Part shown: in pieces, positions 48,035 through 59,029 of the stretch
Layout: the number at the start of each line of letters is the position of its first letter
Position numbering within the stretch: the first letter of the stretch is position 1
Origin: Planctomycetota bacterium
GTDB taxonomy: Bacteria; Planctomycetota; UBA1135; UBA2386
Direction of reading: 5' to 3'
DNA length: 64,000 bases
NCBI GenBank assembly: GCA_046290465.1
Contig: JBKAGP010000001.1
Coordinates: 2,336,001 to 2,400,000 of the forward strand
Notes under the pieces: model-generated
Told to the model about the DNA's origin: nothing
Databases searched by the model: none
What the model saw: only the letters and a program-made list of their open reading frames with translations
Position numbers and translations under genes: made by a program

Positions 48035-48567
48035 GACAGCCCCAGGATCGCGCCGAGGCGGGCCAGGATCTGGTCGGGTTCGACCATGCGACCGATCGCG
48101 TCGTAGCCCTCGGCGAGGTGGCCCTCGACCGGGCCGAGCGTCTCGATGCCGCGCTGGCGCAGCAACGCGACGTTCTGCTGCACGGCGGCCTGCTGCCACA
48201 TCGCGTCGTTCATCGCCGGGCAGACCACGATCGGGCAGCGCATCGTCGTGGCCAGCAGCGCAACCGGATCGTCGGCGGCGCCGCTGGCGAGCTGGGCCAG
48301 GATGCCGGCGGTCGCCGGCGCGATGCAGTAGACCCCGGCGTCGCGGGCGGCCTCGATGTGCGGCACGGTGCCGTCGGCGTCGACCTGGGTCGACGACAGG
48401 ATCGGCTGGCTGTTGGTCAGGCCCCCGAACGTCGACGGACCGACGAAGGCCAGCGACGACGGCGTCATCGCGACGCGCACGTCGACGCCGCGCTGCACCA
48501 GCCGGCTGGCGACGAACGCGACCTTGTAGGCCGCGATGCCGCCACCGACGCCCAACACGGCCTTCAC
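48031..48567 (-). CDS. coaC: Phosphopantothenoylcysteine decarboxylase (stand-alone CoaC flavoprotein)
   Basis: LGVGGGIAAYK, PHI, IAPATA, PAMNDAMW, GRMVEP; ends without a CoaB domain. Confidence 0.88.
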   Translation of the reverse strand: MKAVLGVGGGIAAYKVAFVASRLVQRGVDVRVAMTPSSLAFVGPSTFGGLTNSQPILSSTQVDADGTVPHIEAARDAGVYCIAPATAGILAQLASGAADDPVALLATTMRCPIVVCPAMNDAMWQQAAVQQNVALLRQRGIETLGPVEGHLAEGYDAIGRMVEPDQILARLGAILGLS

Positions 48568-49151
48568 GGCCACAAGAGCCCCTTGACGCGATCGATGGTC
48601 GCGTCGAGGTCGGCGTTCTCGACGAAGCAGTCGTAGAGCGGCACGCCGTCGACCTGCTCGCGGGCCGCCGCGATCTCCTGCTCGGCGATCGCGACGCGCT
48701 GCGCGATCTCCTCGGCGTCGTTGGTGCCGCGGCGCTCGAGGCGCTGGCGCAGCTCGTCGATGCTCGGCGGCTCGATGAACAGGTAGAGGCCCGCGACGCC
48801 GCTCTGTCGCAGCTGCCGGGTGCCGTCGACCTCGATCTCGACGAGGAACGTCTTGCCGCGCTGCAGCGCGTCGTCCATCGGCCAGCGCGGCGTGCCGTAG
48901 AGGTTGCCGTTGTACTCGGCGTATTCGAGGAACTGGTCCTCTGCCAGCCGCTGCTCGAACACCTCGCGGGTCAGGAAGTGGTAGTCGATCCCGTCCTGCT
49001 CGCCGTCGCGCATCTGGCGCGTGGTCGCGCTGACCGAGAACTCGACCTGCGGGTCCTCCTTCAGCGCGCGACACACCGACGTCTTGCCGGCGCCCGACGG
49101 CCCGGAGATCACGACCAGCTTGCCCTGCTTCTCGCTCATCGACTTCGTCAC
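48564..49151 (-). CDS. gmk: Guanylate kinase
   Basis: SGPSGAGKT, SVSATTR..GEQDGIDYHF, YGTP. Confidence 0.96.
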   Translation of the reverse strand: MTKSMSEKQGKLVVISGPSGAGKTSVCRALKEDPQVEFSVSATTRQMRDGEQDGIDYHFLTREVFEQRLAEDQFLEYAEYNGNLYGTPRWPMDDALQRGKTFLVEIEVDGTRQLRQSGVAGLYLFIEPPSIDELRQRLERRGTNDAEEIAQRVAIAEQEIAAAREQVDGVPLYDCFVENADLDATIDRVKGLLWP

Positions 49152-50023
49152 TCGAGGTTCGCCACCTGCTCCTTGATCGTGGCGATGCAGCCCTTCATCG
49201 CAACCACGGTGTGCGCGGTCTCGGTGTCGGGCGACTTCGACCCGAGCGTGTTGGTCTCGCGCAGCAGCTCCTGCATCAGGAAGTCGAGGCGGCGGCCGAC
49301 CTCACCAGCCGCGGCGAGCACGTTGCGCACCTCCTGCTGGTGCGCGCGCAGCCGCTGCAGCTCTTCGGCGACGTCGACCTTGTCAGCGAACACCGCCACC
49401 TCGCGCACCAGATCGGCCGCCGGCGGCGGCTCCGGCACGTTGGCGGCGACGAAGTCCTGCACGCGCTGCAGCAGCCGTTGGCGGTAGTCGTCGACGATGC
49501 CGGGCGCGCGCTCGGCGGCGAGGCCGGTCAGCCGCTCGAGCTCGGTCAGCTGCGCGCCGATCGCCTCCCCGGTGCCGGCGCCGTCGGCGCGGCGGTGCTG
49601 CAGCAGCGCCTCGATCGCCTCGTCGAACAGCCCGGCGAGCTGCGCCGGCAGCGGCCGCGACGTCGCCGCCTCGTTGCGGCCGTTGCTGGCGGCCGCCTGC
49701 ACGACCTCGGCGAGGGTCGGCTTGTCGAGGCCCAGCTCGTCGGCCAGCTGCACCATCTCGGCGGCGGTGCTGCGCAGCAGTTCGGGGTCGGGCAGCGTCG
49801 CCGCGGCGGCGGTGCGCTCGACGACGACCAGCACCGAGCCGCGCGTGATCCGGGCGCGCACGCGCTCCTCGATCGCCGCCTCGTAGCCGCTGCAGGCCGA
49901 CGACAGGCGGAGCTTGAGGTTGAGCCCGCGGCCGTTGACCGAACGCACCTCGACCCGGACGGGGCCGATCTCCGAGTCACCGGCGGCGAAGCCGGCGCCC
50001 GTCATGCTCGCGATCGCGGCCAC
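49148..50023 (-). CDS. yicC: YicC/YloC-family endoribonuclease
   Basis: SMTG, EVRSVNGR, DVAEELQRL, GRRLDFLMQELLRETNTLGSK, KEQVANLE. Confidence 0.93.
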   Translation of the reverse strand: MAAIASMTGAGFAAGDSEIGPVRVEVRSVNGRGLNLKLRLSSACSGYEAAIEERVRARITRGSVLVVVERTAAAATLPDPELLRSTAAEMVQLADELGLDKPTLAEVVQAAASNGRNEAATSRPLPAQLAGLFDEAIEALLQHRRADGAGTGEAIGAQLTELERLTGLAAERAPGIVDDYRQRLLQRVQDFVAANVPEPPPAADLVREVAVFADKVDVAEELQRLRAHQQEVRNVLAAAGEVGRRLDFLMQELLRETNTLGSKSPDTETAHTVVAMKGCIATIKEQVANLE

Positions 50024-50037
50024 CGGGCAGGGCCGGA

Positions 50038-50268
50038 TCAGACGTTCCAGGTGGCGCTGATCAGGATCGCCGAGCCGCAGAAGACACCGGCGAGCAGGAA
50101 CGTGAAGCGGCTGATGCCGCCGCTCTTGACGCCGAACGTCTCCGCGCCCGTGCCGCCGAAGGCTTCGGCGAGGCCGCCGCCCTTCGACTCCTGCAGGAGC
50201 ACGACGGTCGTCATCAGGACGGCCGACAGGAAGAAGAGGATCCAGGCGAAGTAGTGGAGGAAGACCAT
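50038..50268 (-). CDS. secG: Preprotein translocase subunit SecG
   Basis: VLLQESKGGGLAEAFGG; two TM helices; downstream of tpiA. Confidence 0.92.
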   Translation of the reverse strand: MVFLHYFAWILFFLSAVLMTTVVLLQESKGGGLAEAFGGTGAETFGVKSGGISRFTFLLAGVFCGSAILISATWNV

Positions 50269-50293
50269 GGGAGGCTGGTGCAGGCCGAAGGGC

Positions 50294-51061
50294 CTACATG
50301 GAGTCGTATTCGATGATGGGCAGGAAGGTCTCGGGCGCCAGGCTGGCGCCTCCGACGAGCAGGCCGTCGACGCTCTCGAGGGCCATCAGCTGGCGCGCGT
50401 TGTCGGGCTTGACGCTGCCGCCGTAGAGGATGCGGATCGTAGCGGCCTCTTCGCCGACCTTGTTGGTCAGCCACTTGCGGATCGTCGCGTGGGCCGCGTC
50501 GACCTGCTCGAGGGTGGCCGACTCGCCGGTACCGATCGCCCAGACCGGCTCGTAGGCGACGGTCATGCGGTGCGCGTCGTCCGGCTTGACCTGTTCGAAG
50601 CCGGCTTCGAGCTGCTTCTTGAGGATGCGGTCGGTGCGGTTGGCCTTGCGCTCGTCGAGCGTCTCGCCGATGCAGTAGATCGGCAGCAGGTCGGCGTCGA
50701 GCGCCGCGCGCACCTTGCGGCCCATCCAGTCGTCCGGCTCGCGGAAGACGTGGCGGCGCTCGCTGTGGCCGACCAGCACCCGGTCGGCGCCGACCTCGCG
50801 CAGCATGCGCGGCGCCAGCTCGCCGGTGAACGCGCCGTTCTCCTCGAACCAGACGTTCTGGCCACCGACGCCGAGCGGCGAGCCCTGGCCGACGGCGCCG
50901 ACGTCCGCGAGGTAGATCGAAGGCACGAACACCGCGACCTCGCGGTCGTTGCCGTCGCCGATGCGCCCCTTGATCGTCTTGATCAGATCCAGCGACTTGC
51001 TGCGATCGAGGTTCATCTTCCAGTTGCCCGCGATGTAGGGCTTGCGTGAGGGCACGGTCAC
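50294..51061 (-). CDS. tpiA: Triosephosphate isomerase
   Basis: AGNWKMN, GAFTGE, GHSERR, AYEPVWAIGTG, YGGSVKP, LVGGASL; start GTG 51061 or 51055. Confidence 0.97.
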   Translation of the reverse strand: MTVPSRKPYIAGNWKMNLDRSKSLDLIKTIKGRIGDGNDREVAVFVPSIYLADVGAVGQGSPLGVGGQNVWFEENGAFTGELAPRMLREVGADRVLVGHSERRHVFREPDDWMGRKVRAALDADLLPIYCIGETLDERKANRTDRILKKQLEAGFEQVKPDDAHRMTVAYEPVWAIGTGESATLEQVDAAHATIRKWLTNKVGEEAATIRILYGGSVKPDNARQLMALESVDGLLVGGASLAPETFLPIIEYDSM

Positions 51062-51068
51062 GGGGCGA

Positions 51069-52010
51069 TCACCTCGTCGTGAAGGAGTTGGAGCCCGCGG
51101 AGTCGCCCTGGCCGACACTTCGACCGGGAGCGGACAGCTCCGCGCTGGTGGGATTGCTGCTGGGGGTGTGGCTGCTGCTGGTGGTGCTGCTGCCGCTGAC
51201 GGTGCTGCCACCGACGGCGCGCCCACTGCGGATGGTCCGCTGACAGAGTGGCGCCAGCTGCTGCAGTTCGGCCATCAGGGTCGCGAACATCGCCGGCGTC
51301 AGCGCCTGCTGCCCGTCGCACAGGGCCTTGTCGGGCTCGGCGTGCACCTCGATCAGCAGGCCGTCGGCGCCGGCACAAAGCGCCGCCCGGGCCATCGGCG
51401 CGACGTAGCGCGACGCACCGGTGCCGTGGCTCGGGTCGACGACGACCGGCAGCGGCGTGCGCTCCTGCAGCACCGGGACCGCGGCGAGGTCGAGCAGGTA
51501 GCGCGTCGACGGGTCGAAGCTGCGCACGCCCCGCTCGCAGAGGATGACGTCCTGGTTGCCCTCGTCGAGCACGTAGTCGGCCGCGAACAGCAGCTCGTCG
51601 ATGGTCGCCGCAGCGCCGCGCTTGAGCAGCACCGGCTTGCCGAGCCGCCCCACCTCGCGCAGCAGCGGGAAGTTCTGCATGTTGCGGCTGCCGACCTGCA
51701 GCACGGCGGCGTGCTCGGCGACCAGCTCGACGTCGCGCGGGTCCATCACCTCGGTGACGACCGGCAGGCCGGTCCGTCGGGACGCCGCGGCCAGCAGCGC
51801 GAGGCCCTCTGCGCCCAGTCCCTGGAACGACTTGGGCGAGGTGCGCGGCTTGAACGCGCCACCGCGCAGCAGGCCGGCTCCGGCCTCGGCCACGGCGTCG
51901 GCGGCGGCGAACAGCAGTTCGCTCGACTCGACCGCGCACGGGCCTGCCATGACGACGAACTCGCCGTCGCCGATCTGCAGGTCGGAACCGATCGTGATCG
52001 TCTTGCGCAA
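51069..52010 (-). CDS. aroF: DAHP synthase, class I-beta, catalytic barrel only
   Basis: [47 protein letters not shown]; start uncertain (TTG 52010). Confidence 0.9.
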   Translation of the reverse strand: MRKTITIGSDLQIGDGEFVVMAGPCAVESSELLFAAADAVAEAGAGLLRGGAFKPRTSPKSFQGLGAEGLALLAAASRRTGLPVVTEVMDPRDVELVAEHAAVLQVGSRNMQNFPLLREVGRLGKPVLLKRGAAATIDELLFAADYVLDEGNQDVILCERGVRSFDPSTRYLLDLAAVPVLQERTPLPVVVDPSHGTGASRYVAPMARAALCAGADGLLIEVHAEPDKALCDGQQALTPAMFATLMAELQQLAPLCQRTIRSGRAVGGSTVSGSSTTSSSHTPSSNPTSAELSAPGRSVGQGDSAGSNSFTTR

Positions 52011-52148
52011 GTGAGGAACGGGGCCGGAGAAGGGCCGGAAGACAGTAGGGCGGCGGCGGCGGGTGGTCAATGTCGGCCAGATCCCATCCCGTGACAAATC
52101 GAACCGGGACGGATCCAGCCGTTCGACCAGAAACGACGCCTTCCGAAC

Positions 52149-53576
52149 ATGAACCCCTCCACCCGCACGTTCTTTCCCGTTCTCGCCCTGGCGGCGACCC
52201 TGCCGTGCCAATGGCAGGAGCAGACGCCCGCGAGCAACCCCGGCCCGCTCAGCGCGATGGCCATGGCGGCCAACCCGGCCGGCCTGATCGTCGTGTCCGG
52301 CGGCGACACCGGCACCTTCCCGACGCCGTTCAGCACCGCGACCTGGCTCTACTCGCAGGGCACCTGGACGCAGTCGCCGGCGACCGGTCCGAGCGGTCGC
52401 TTCGAGGCGCAGATGGTGCACGACGCGCTGCGCCAGCGCTGGGTGCTCTACGGCGGCTGGACCTCGCCGTTCTCGATCGGCAGCGGCAACGACGAGACCT
52501 GGGAATTCGACGGCGCGGCGTGGAGCCAGATCGCGACGGCCAACACGCCGGGCGGCTTCTGGAAGCACGCGATGAGCTACGACGTCCTGCGCGGCGTGAC
52601 GGTCCTGTTCGGCGGCGCCACCAACGGCCTGCCGGGCGCGACCGACGGCACCTACGAGTACGACGGCACCGACTGGACCCAGCGCACCCCCACCACCACG
52701 CCGGGCTGGCGCGAGAACCACTCGATGTGCTTCCACACCAACCTCGGCGCCACGGTGATGTTCGGCGGCTTCGACCCGCTGGCCAACTCGGTGCAGAACG
52801 AGACCTGGACCTGGAACGGCACCGACTGGTCGCTGGTCACGCCGGTCGGGCCACAGCCGCCGGCGCGCGCCAGCGCCGAACTGGTCTACGACTCGGTGCG
52901 CGGCGTCAGCGTGCTGCACGGCGGTAATGACAACTCCGGCGCGGCCTTCGACGACACCTGGGAGTTCGACGGCGCCACCTGGACGCAGGTGCCGGGCACC
53001 GGCCCGGGCAACCGCGCGTTCGGCGCCGCGTTCGACGCCGGCGAACGCGTCGTGGTCCGCTACGGCGGCATCGGCCACACGTCGGAGACCTGGACGTTCG
53101 GCGCCACCGCGCGCACGTTCGGCACCGGCTGCGCGGGCAGCAACGGCGTGCCGGCGCTCGACGCGGTCGATGCGCCGCGCCTCGGCCAGAACCTCGACCT
53201 GACGCTCGCCAACCTCAACCCGGCGATCACGGTCGGCGTGTTCGCGCTGTCGCTCGCGACGATCGCGCCGACCCCGCTCGATCCGATCGGCATGCCCGGC
53301 TGCACCGGCTACGTCGCCCCCGACCTGCTGCTCAACGGCACCGCCGCCGGCGGCACCGCCACCTTGCAGCTGCCGCTGCCCGGCACGCAGGCGCTGATCG
53401 GCACGTCGATCTTCGCGCAGGGCCTGTCGTTCGACCCGGGCATCAACGCCGCGTGGCTGGCGGCGTCGAACGCGTTCGCGGGCGTGATCGGCAGCTCGGC
53501 GCGTCCATGTGGACGCGCTACCAACCGTGATCGCGGAAGCGGTGTGTACGCGTGCGGACGGGGCTTTGCCCGCTAG
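52149..53576 (+). CDS. Secreted Kelch-like beta-propeller protein with conserved C-terminal domain (natural end near 53495)
   Basis: Signal peptide ending LPCQ; repeats YD..R...LFGG...ETWE(F/Y)DG..W; tail GTGC...PGCT...FAQ...ASNA. Confidence 0.85.
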   Translation: MNPSTRTFFPVLALAATLPCQWQEQTPASNPGPLSAMAMAANPAGLIVVSGGDTGTFPTPFSTATWLYSQGTWTQSPATGPSGRFEAQMVHDALRQRWVLYGGWTSPFSIGSGNDETWEFDGAAWSQIATANTPGGFWKHAMSYDVLRGVTVLFGGATNGLPGATDGTYEYDGTDWTQRTPTTTPGWRENHSMCFHTNLGATVMFGGFDPLANSVQNETWTWNGTDWSLVTPVGPQPPARASAELVYDSVRGVSVLHGGNDNSGAAFDDTWEFDGATWTQVPGTGPGNRAFGAAFDAGERVVVRYGGIGHTSETWTFGATARTFGTGCAGSNGVPALDAVDAPRLGQNLDLTLANLNPAITVGVFALSLATIAPTPLDPIGMPGCTGYVAPDLLLNGTAAGGTATLQLPLPGTQALIGTSIFAQGLSFDPGINAAWLAASNAFAGVIGSSARPCGRATNRDRGSGVYACGRGFAR

Positions 53577-53657
53577 GCGCGTCCATGTAGTGGACGCGCT
53601 GCCAACCGTGATCGCGGAAGCGGGGTGTACGCGTGCGGACGGGGCTTTGCCCGCTAG
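53499..53657. repeat. Two tandem copies (78 and 81 bp) of a palindrome-headed element
   Basis: GCGCGTCCATGT(AGT)GGACGCGC...GGGGCTTTGCCCGCTAG at 53499-53576 and 53577-53657. Confidence 0.92.
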
Positions 53658-53735
53658 TTTCCGGAAACCCCGGCCGCGAACGCCGCCAACAGCCCGCTGA
53701 CGCCGGCGCCCGAAGCGGTTACGCTCTCGGGTACC

Positions 53736-56700
53736 GTGTCGGAGGAGAAGAGAGCGCAGTGGACCGCACGGGCCGCGTTTGCGGCCGCGTTGGCGCTCGC
53801 CTACGTCGCGACCCTCTGCAACACCGACAATGTCCGCCAGGCGCTGATCTGGTTGCCGACGGGCGTCGCGATCGGCGGCCTGCGCCTGCTCGGCTGGCGG
53901 CAGGTCTGGATCGTGCTGCTCGCCGGGCTCGGCTTCCGCTCGCTGATGGACTTCGGCTGGCCGACCGTCGTGTTCGGCTCGCTGTCGGCGACCGCGGAGG
54001 CGCTGGCCGGCGCCGCCCTGCTGGGGCTGCTGCACGTGCAGCGCGGCATCCCGCGCCTGCGCGACGTGATGTCGATCTACCTGGTCGCGATGGCCGCGCC
54101 GATCGCGTCGATCCTGGTGGCGCTCGGTGGCCGGCTGGTCTACTGGCCGCACGAGCTGTCGCTGTTGACCGGCTTCGGTGGCTGGTGGCGGATGAACGCG
54201 ATCGGGGTGCTGGCGGCCGTGCCGCTGGCGCTGGCCTGGCCGCCGCGGCTGTCGCACCGCGGCTGGATGGAGAGCCTCGCGCAGATCACGGTCTGGGCGC
54301 TGATCTCGGTCGGGTTCGTGCTCGGCGTGCTGCTATTCGTGCGTCCCGGCGTGACGTCGATCGTGCTGCTCGGCGCGCTGCCGATGGTCTCGTTCGCGGC
54401 GGCGCTGCAGCTCGGCAACCGCGGCGCGACGGCCACCGCGTTCGTCGGCGCGATGGCGATCGCGATGCCGGCGGGCTTCGGCATCGGTCCGTTCGAGGGC
54501 GTCGACATCGCCGAACGGCACGTCGTCGCGCAGATGGTGCTGGTCGCGATCACCGCGCTGGCGCCGCTGTTCGGCGCCCTGCTCGCCGAACGCGACGCCA
54601 ACGCCGCGCGCCTGTTGCAGAGCGAAGGCGTCGGCAGCGCGCTGCTGCGCATCCTGCCAGACGCGAGCTACCGGCTCGACGCGCGCGGCACCGTGCTCGA
54701 CGCGGTGCTGCCGAGCGATCCGGCCCTGCCCCCCGCCAAGGAGGTCATCGGCAAGCACATCCGCGAGATCACCCCGCCCGAGCTCGCCGACCGGCTGCTG
54801 TCGCACCTGGAGCGCACGCAGCGCGGCGAGTCGACCGAGCCGCTCGAGTACCGGCTGGCGACCGCGCAGGGCCGCCGCGACCGCGAGGTCCGCTTCGTGC
54901 AGCTGCCCAACGGCGAGACGATGTCGGTGGCGCGCGACATCACCGACCGCAAGCGCGCCGAACGGCAGCTCACCATGCAGGCGGCGATCCTCGAGCAGAT
55001 CGCGACCGGCCACCGCCGCGCCGACGTGCTCGACGCCATCTGCGAAGGCATCGAGGCGCTGATCCCGGACGGGCGCTGCACCATCATGATGCTGCACGGC
55101 GACCGGCTGCACCTGGCGGCGTCGCGTTCGCTGCCAGAAGGCTACGTGCGCACCATCGACGGCATGCAGGTCGGCGACGGCAACGGCGCCTGCGGCACCG
55201 CCGCGTTCACCGGCCAGAACGTCATCTGCAGCGACACGGTGCGCGACCCGCGCACGCGCGACTACGTCGACCTGATCGAGCGCTACTCGCTGTATTCGTG
55301 CTGGTCGATCCCGGTGCGTTCGATCGACGGATCGGTGCTGGGCACGATCGCGATGTACCACGAGCAGGTGCGCGAGCCACAGCCGTTCGAGGTCCGCCTG
55401 GTCGAACGCGCGGGCGTGCTGGCCGGCCTCGCCGTCGACCGCGACCGCCGCGAGGCGCTGCTCGCGTCGATGCACGAGAACCTGACCGAGGGGCTGTTCC
55501 GGACCGTGCCCGGCGAGGGCTTCGTCTACGTCAACGCGGCGTTCGCGCGCATGTTCGGCTACGAGTCGACCGACCAACTGCTGCGCCACTGGAGCGACGA
55601 CGTGCTGACCGACGGCCAGCGCGGCCTGGCGCAGCTCGCCGGCGAGTCGGTGTCGGTGCGCGGCCGCAAGGTGCAGATGCACCGCCGCGACGGCAGTAGC
55701 TTCTGGGCGCTGATCTCGACCACGGTGACGTTCGACGACGACGACGCCGAACTGATCTGCGACGGCACCATCACCGACATCAGCAACGCGGCGGCACTCG
55801 AGGACCAGCTGCGCCAGGCGCAGAAGATGGAGGCCGTCGGCCAGCTCGCCGCCGGCGTCGCCCACGACTTCAACAACATCCTCACCGCGATCGCGGGCTT
55901 CGGTGAGGCGGTGCTGCTGGGTCTGCCCGAGCACAGCCCGCACCGCGCCGACATCGACCAGATCCTCGCTGCGGCGCGGCGCGCCACCAACCTGACGCGG
56001 CAGCTGCTCGCGTTCGGCCGTCAGCAGGTGCTGAAGCCCGAGATCCTCGACCTCGGCGAGGTCGTCGGCGGCGTCGCCGAGATCCTGCGCCGCCTGATCG
56101 GCAAGCATATCCAGCTGACGCTGGCCAGCGACGGGCAGCCGGTGCGCGCTACCGCCGACCGCGGCCAGCTCGAGCAGGTGCTGCTCAACCTGGTGATCAA
56201 CGCGCGCGACGCGATGCCGCAGGGCGGCCGGATCTCGGTGCGGACCGAGGCGCTCGACGCCTACGACGAGGCCCCGCACGCCGAGCTGACGCTCGGCCGC
56301 TACGCGGTGCTGCGGGTCCGCGACGAGGGCCAGGGCATGAGCCAGGACGTGCAGGCGCGCGCGTTCGACCCGTTCTTCACGACCAAGGGGGCCGGCCGCG
56401 GCACCGGCCTCGGGCTGTCGACCGTCTACGGCATCGTCAAGCAGAGCGGCGGCGCGATCGCGATCGACAGCAAGCCGGGCAAAGGCACCGAGATCGTCGT
56501 GTTGCTGCCGTTCGCGGACGAACTGCCCGAAGACGAGCGCACGGTGCTGGTGCCGCGACGCGAGCAGCGATCGACGACCGTACTCGTGGTCGAGGACGAG
56601 CCGTTCGTGCTCGAGCTGGCCAACCGGACGCTGGGCAACGCCGGCTACGAGGTGCTGCGCGCGCGCGACGGGCACGAGGCGCTGGCCGCGATGCGCGAGC

Positions 56701-56981
56701 ACGGCGACCGGGTCGAGCTGGTCGTCACCGACATCGTGATGCCGCACCTCGGCGGCCAGGAACTCGCGCAGCTCTTGTGGGAAGAACGGCCGAACCTGCG
56801 CGTGCTGTTCATGTCGGGCTACGCGCGCGAGATCCTCGACCTGCCCGCCGACGACGTCGGCCGGTCCGGCTTCCTGCACAAGCCGTTCACGACCCAGGAG
56901 CTGTGCGACCAGGTCACCGCGATGCTGCCGGGCGCGCGCAGCGATGCGACCGACGAGTCGACGACGCGCAGCGAACACTGA
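53736..56981 (+). CDS. Hybrid sensor histidine kinase: MASE1, PAS, GAF, PAS, HisKA/HATPase, receiver
   Basis: IWLPTGVA (MASE1), GACGTAAF (GAF), [52 protein letters not shown]. Confidence 0.93.
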   Translation: MSEEKRAQWTARAAFAAALALAYVATLCNTDNVRQALIWLPTGVAIGGLRLLGWRQVWIVLLAGLGFRSLMDFGWPTVVFGSLSATAEALAGAALLGLLHVQRGIPRLRDVMSIYLVAMAAPIASILVALGGRLVYWPHELSLLTGFGGWWRMNAIGVLAAVPLALAWPPRLSHRGWMESLAQITVWALISVGFVLGVLLFVRPGVTSIVLLGALPMVSFAAALQLGNRGATATAFVGAMAIAMPAGFGIGPFEGVDIAERHVVAQMVLVAITALAPLFGALLAERDANAARLLQSEGVGSALLRILPDASYRLDARGTVLDAVLPSDPALPPAKEVIGKHIREITPPELADRLLSHLERTQRGESTEPLEYRLATAQGRRDREVRFVQLPNGETMSVARDITDRKRAERQLTMQAAILEQIATGHRRADVLDAICEGIEALIPDGRCTIMMLHGDRLHLAASRSLPEGYVRTIDGMQVGDGNGACGTAAFTGQNVICSDTVRDPRTRDYVDLIERYSLYSCWSIPVRSIDGSVLGTIAMYHEQVREPQPFEVRLVERAGVLAGLAVDRDRREALLASMHENLTEGLFRTVPGEGFVYVNAAFARMFGYESTDQLLRHWSDDVLTDGQRGLAQLAGESVSVRGRKVQMHRRDGSSFWALISTTVTFDDDDAELICDGTITDISNAAALEDQLRQAQKMEAVGQLAAGVAHDFNNILTAIAGFGEAVLLGLPEHSPHRADIDQILAAARRATNLTRQLLAFGRQQVLKPEILDLGEVVGGVAEILRRLIGKHIQLTLASDGQPVRATADRGQLEQVLLNLVINARDAMPQGGRISVRTEALDAYDEAPHAELTLGRYAVLRVRDEGQGMSQDVQARAFDPFFTTKGAGRGTGLGLSTVYGIVKQSGGAIAIDSKPGKGTEIVVLLPFADELPEDERTVLVPRREQRSTTVLVVEDEPFVLELANRTLGNAGYEVLRARDGHEALAAMREHGDRVELVVTDIVMPHLGGQELAQLLWEERPNLRVLFMSGYAREILDLPADDVGRSGFLHKPFTTQELCDQVTAMLPGARSDATDESTTRSEH

Positions 56982-56986
56982 GCGCG

Positions 56987-57613
56987 ATGGCCTGCATCGA
57001 CCACTTCTACGTGTTCGCGCAGCCAGGTGCGCCGGAGCGACGCCGCCTGCTGGAGCGTGGCCTGCGGATCGGCGCGGCCCGGCGCCATCCAGGCCAGGGC
57101 ACCGAGAACGTCTGCTTCGGGTTCGCCGACAGCTACCTCGAGCTGATCTGGATCCGTGACGAACGCGAGGCCGCCAGCCCGGCGGTCGCGCCGCTGCGGC
57201 TCGGCGAGCGCGGCGACTGGCGCCGACGGGGCGCGTCGCCGTTCGGCGTCTGCCTGCGGGTCACCCCGGACGAAGGGGCGCCGTTCGCGAGCTGGCCGTT
57301 CCGGCCCGACTACCTGCCGGACGGGATGCGCTTCGAGATGACGCGCGAGCACGACGAGGTGCACCAGCCGCTGCTGTTCGCGCTCGACCGGCCGGTGGTG
57401 CCGCTTGCGGCGCCGCATCCGCTGGCGCGCGCCGCGTTGCGCGAGCTGCGGATCACGACGCCGGGGCTGGCCGCGAACTCGTCGCTGCGCGAACTGCCGG
57501 TGCCGGGCCTGGTGTTCGAAGCGGGCTCCGAACACCGCATGGAGGTGCGGCTCGGCGACGGCGACGACGCACTCGACCTCGCGCCCGACCTGCCGCTCGT
57601 GCTGCGCTGGTAA
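56987..57613 (+). CDS. VOC (Glyoxalase_3-like) family protein
   Basis: IDH, RHPGQGTEN..F..SYLELIW. Confidence 0.8.
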   Translation: MACIDHFYVFAQPGAPERRRLLERGLRIGAARRHPGQGTENVCFGFADSYLELIWIRDEREAASPAVAPLRLGERGDWRRRGASPFGVCLRVTPDEGAPFASWPFRPDYLPDGMRFEMTREHDEVHQPLLFALDRPVVPLAAPHPLARAALRELRITTPGLAANSSLRELPVPGLVFEAGSEHRMEVRLGDGDDALDLAPDLPLVLRW

Positions 57614-57628
57614 CGCCGTTCGCCGCGC

Positions 57629-59029
57629 TCAGCTGGTCCGCGCGGGCGGCGACTCCGGCGCGTCGAGGATCGTCTCGGCGCGCACCGCCTTGAGCGGCAC
57701 CTGCACGACCGGCGCATCCATCGCCCGCCGGCCGTCGCCGGTCGCCATCGCCTGCAGCGACGGCCCGCAGATGCGCGCCTGGCACGGCCCCATGCCGGCA
57801 CGGCAGCCGAGCTTGATCGCACGCATCGAATCGCCGTGGAACTCGGCGGCCTCCTGCGCGCGCAACCGGGTCACGTCCTCGCAGCGGCAGACGATCGTGT
57901 CCGGCCGCGCCAGTTCGCTGAGCCCCGGCAGCGGCGCGAACGCGCGCAGCATCGTGTCGGCGGCCCGACGTTCGGCGCGCGCACTGCGCTGCAGCGCCGG
58001 GTCGAGCGGCGCGCCGCGGACCTCGCGCAGGATCGCCGCCGCGCACAGCGCGCCCTCCGCCGAGGCGACCTCGGCGCCGCCGATGCCGCAGATCTCGCCG
58101 ACCGCGAACACGTTGGCGGCGGCGGTGCGCTGATCGTCGTCGACGACGAGGCAGTGGCCGCCGCGTTCGGCGACGTAGCGCGACGCGGCGCCGAGCCGCA
58201 GGCCCAGCTCGATCGACGGCACCAGGCCGAAGCCGGCGCCGACCACGTCGACGTCGATGGTCCGTTCGGTGCCGCGCCTGGGGCGCCCCTCGGCGTCGAC
58301 CTTGCCGATCACGGCGCGCTGCACGCGGCCGTCGCCTTCGCACCCGAACACGGTCCAGCCCCACTGCAGCTTCACGCCGTGGCGCCACAGCTGCTTCATG
58401 TACCAGACCGCTTCGCGGCGGCGCGCGGCGTTGCCGATCACGCCGGGCGCGGCGCGCAGCGCCCGCCAGCGCGACGATGCCTCGAGCGCCGCGACGACCT
58501 CGACGCCGGCGCCGAGCAGCGAGGTCACCGTCGGCAGCAGCAGCGGGCCCGAGCCGACCACCAGCGCGCGCTTGCCCGGCACCACGCCGAAACCGCGCAC
58601 CATCACCTGCAGCGCCCCGGCCGTGACCACTCCCGGCAGCGTCCAGCCCGGGAACGGGATGCAGCGGTCGTAGGCGCCGGGGGCCAGCACGATCCGTTCG
58701 CAGCGCAAGAGCTTGGACGCGCCATCGTGCTCGAACCACAGCCGGCCGGGACTGGCGTCCCAGACCGTCGCGCCGTGCAGGCAGCGCACGTCGGCGCCCT
58801 CGAACGCGTGGATCAGCTCGTGGCCGTGGTCGTGGCTCGGCGGCTCGGGGATCTGGTGCTCGCCGGCGGAGCCCGCGGGCAGCTGCCGATAGATCTGGCC
58901 ACCGGCGCGGTGGCCCTCGTCGAGCACGACGACCTTCAGGCCGGCGGCCGCGAGGCGCGTCGCGGCGGCCATGCCGCCGGGACCCGCACCGACCACGCCG
59001 ACGTCCGCGTCGAGGATCCGTTCGCTCAT
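57629..59029 (-). CDS. FAD/NAD(P)-dependent oxidoreductase with BFD-like Fe-S region (LhpF/HcnB/OoxA-like subunit)
   Basis: VGAGPGG, GGQIYRQ, PFPGWTLPGV, VCRCEDV, RAGMGPCQARIC. Confidence 0.88.
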   Translation of the reverse strand: MSERILDADVGVVGAGPGGMAAATRLAAAGLKVVVLDEGHRAGGQIYRQLPAGSAGEHQIPEPPSHDHGHELIHAFEGADVRCLHGATVWDASPGRLWFEHDGASKLLRCERIVLAPGAYDRCIPFPGWTLPGVVTAGALQVMVRGFGVVPGKRALVVGSGPLLLPTVTSLLGAGVEVVAALEASSRWRALRAAPGVIGNAARRREAVWYMKQLWRHGVKLQWGWTVFGCEGDGRVQRAVIGKVDAEGRPRRGTERTIDVDVVGAGFGLVPSIELGLRLGAASRYVAERGGHCLVVDDDQRTAAANVFAVGEICGIGGAEVASAEGALCAAAILREVRGAPLDPALQRSARAERRAADTMLRAFAPLPGLSELARPDTIVCRCEDVTRLRAQEAAEFHGDSMRAIKLGCRAGMGPCQARICGPSLQAMATGDGRRAMDAPVVQVPLKAVRAETILDAPESPPARTS

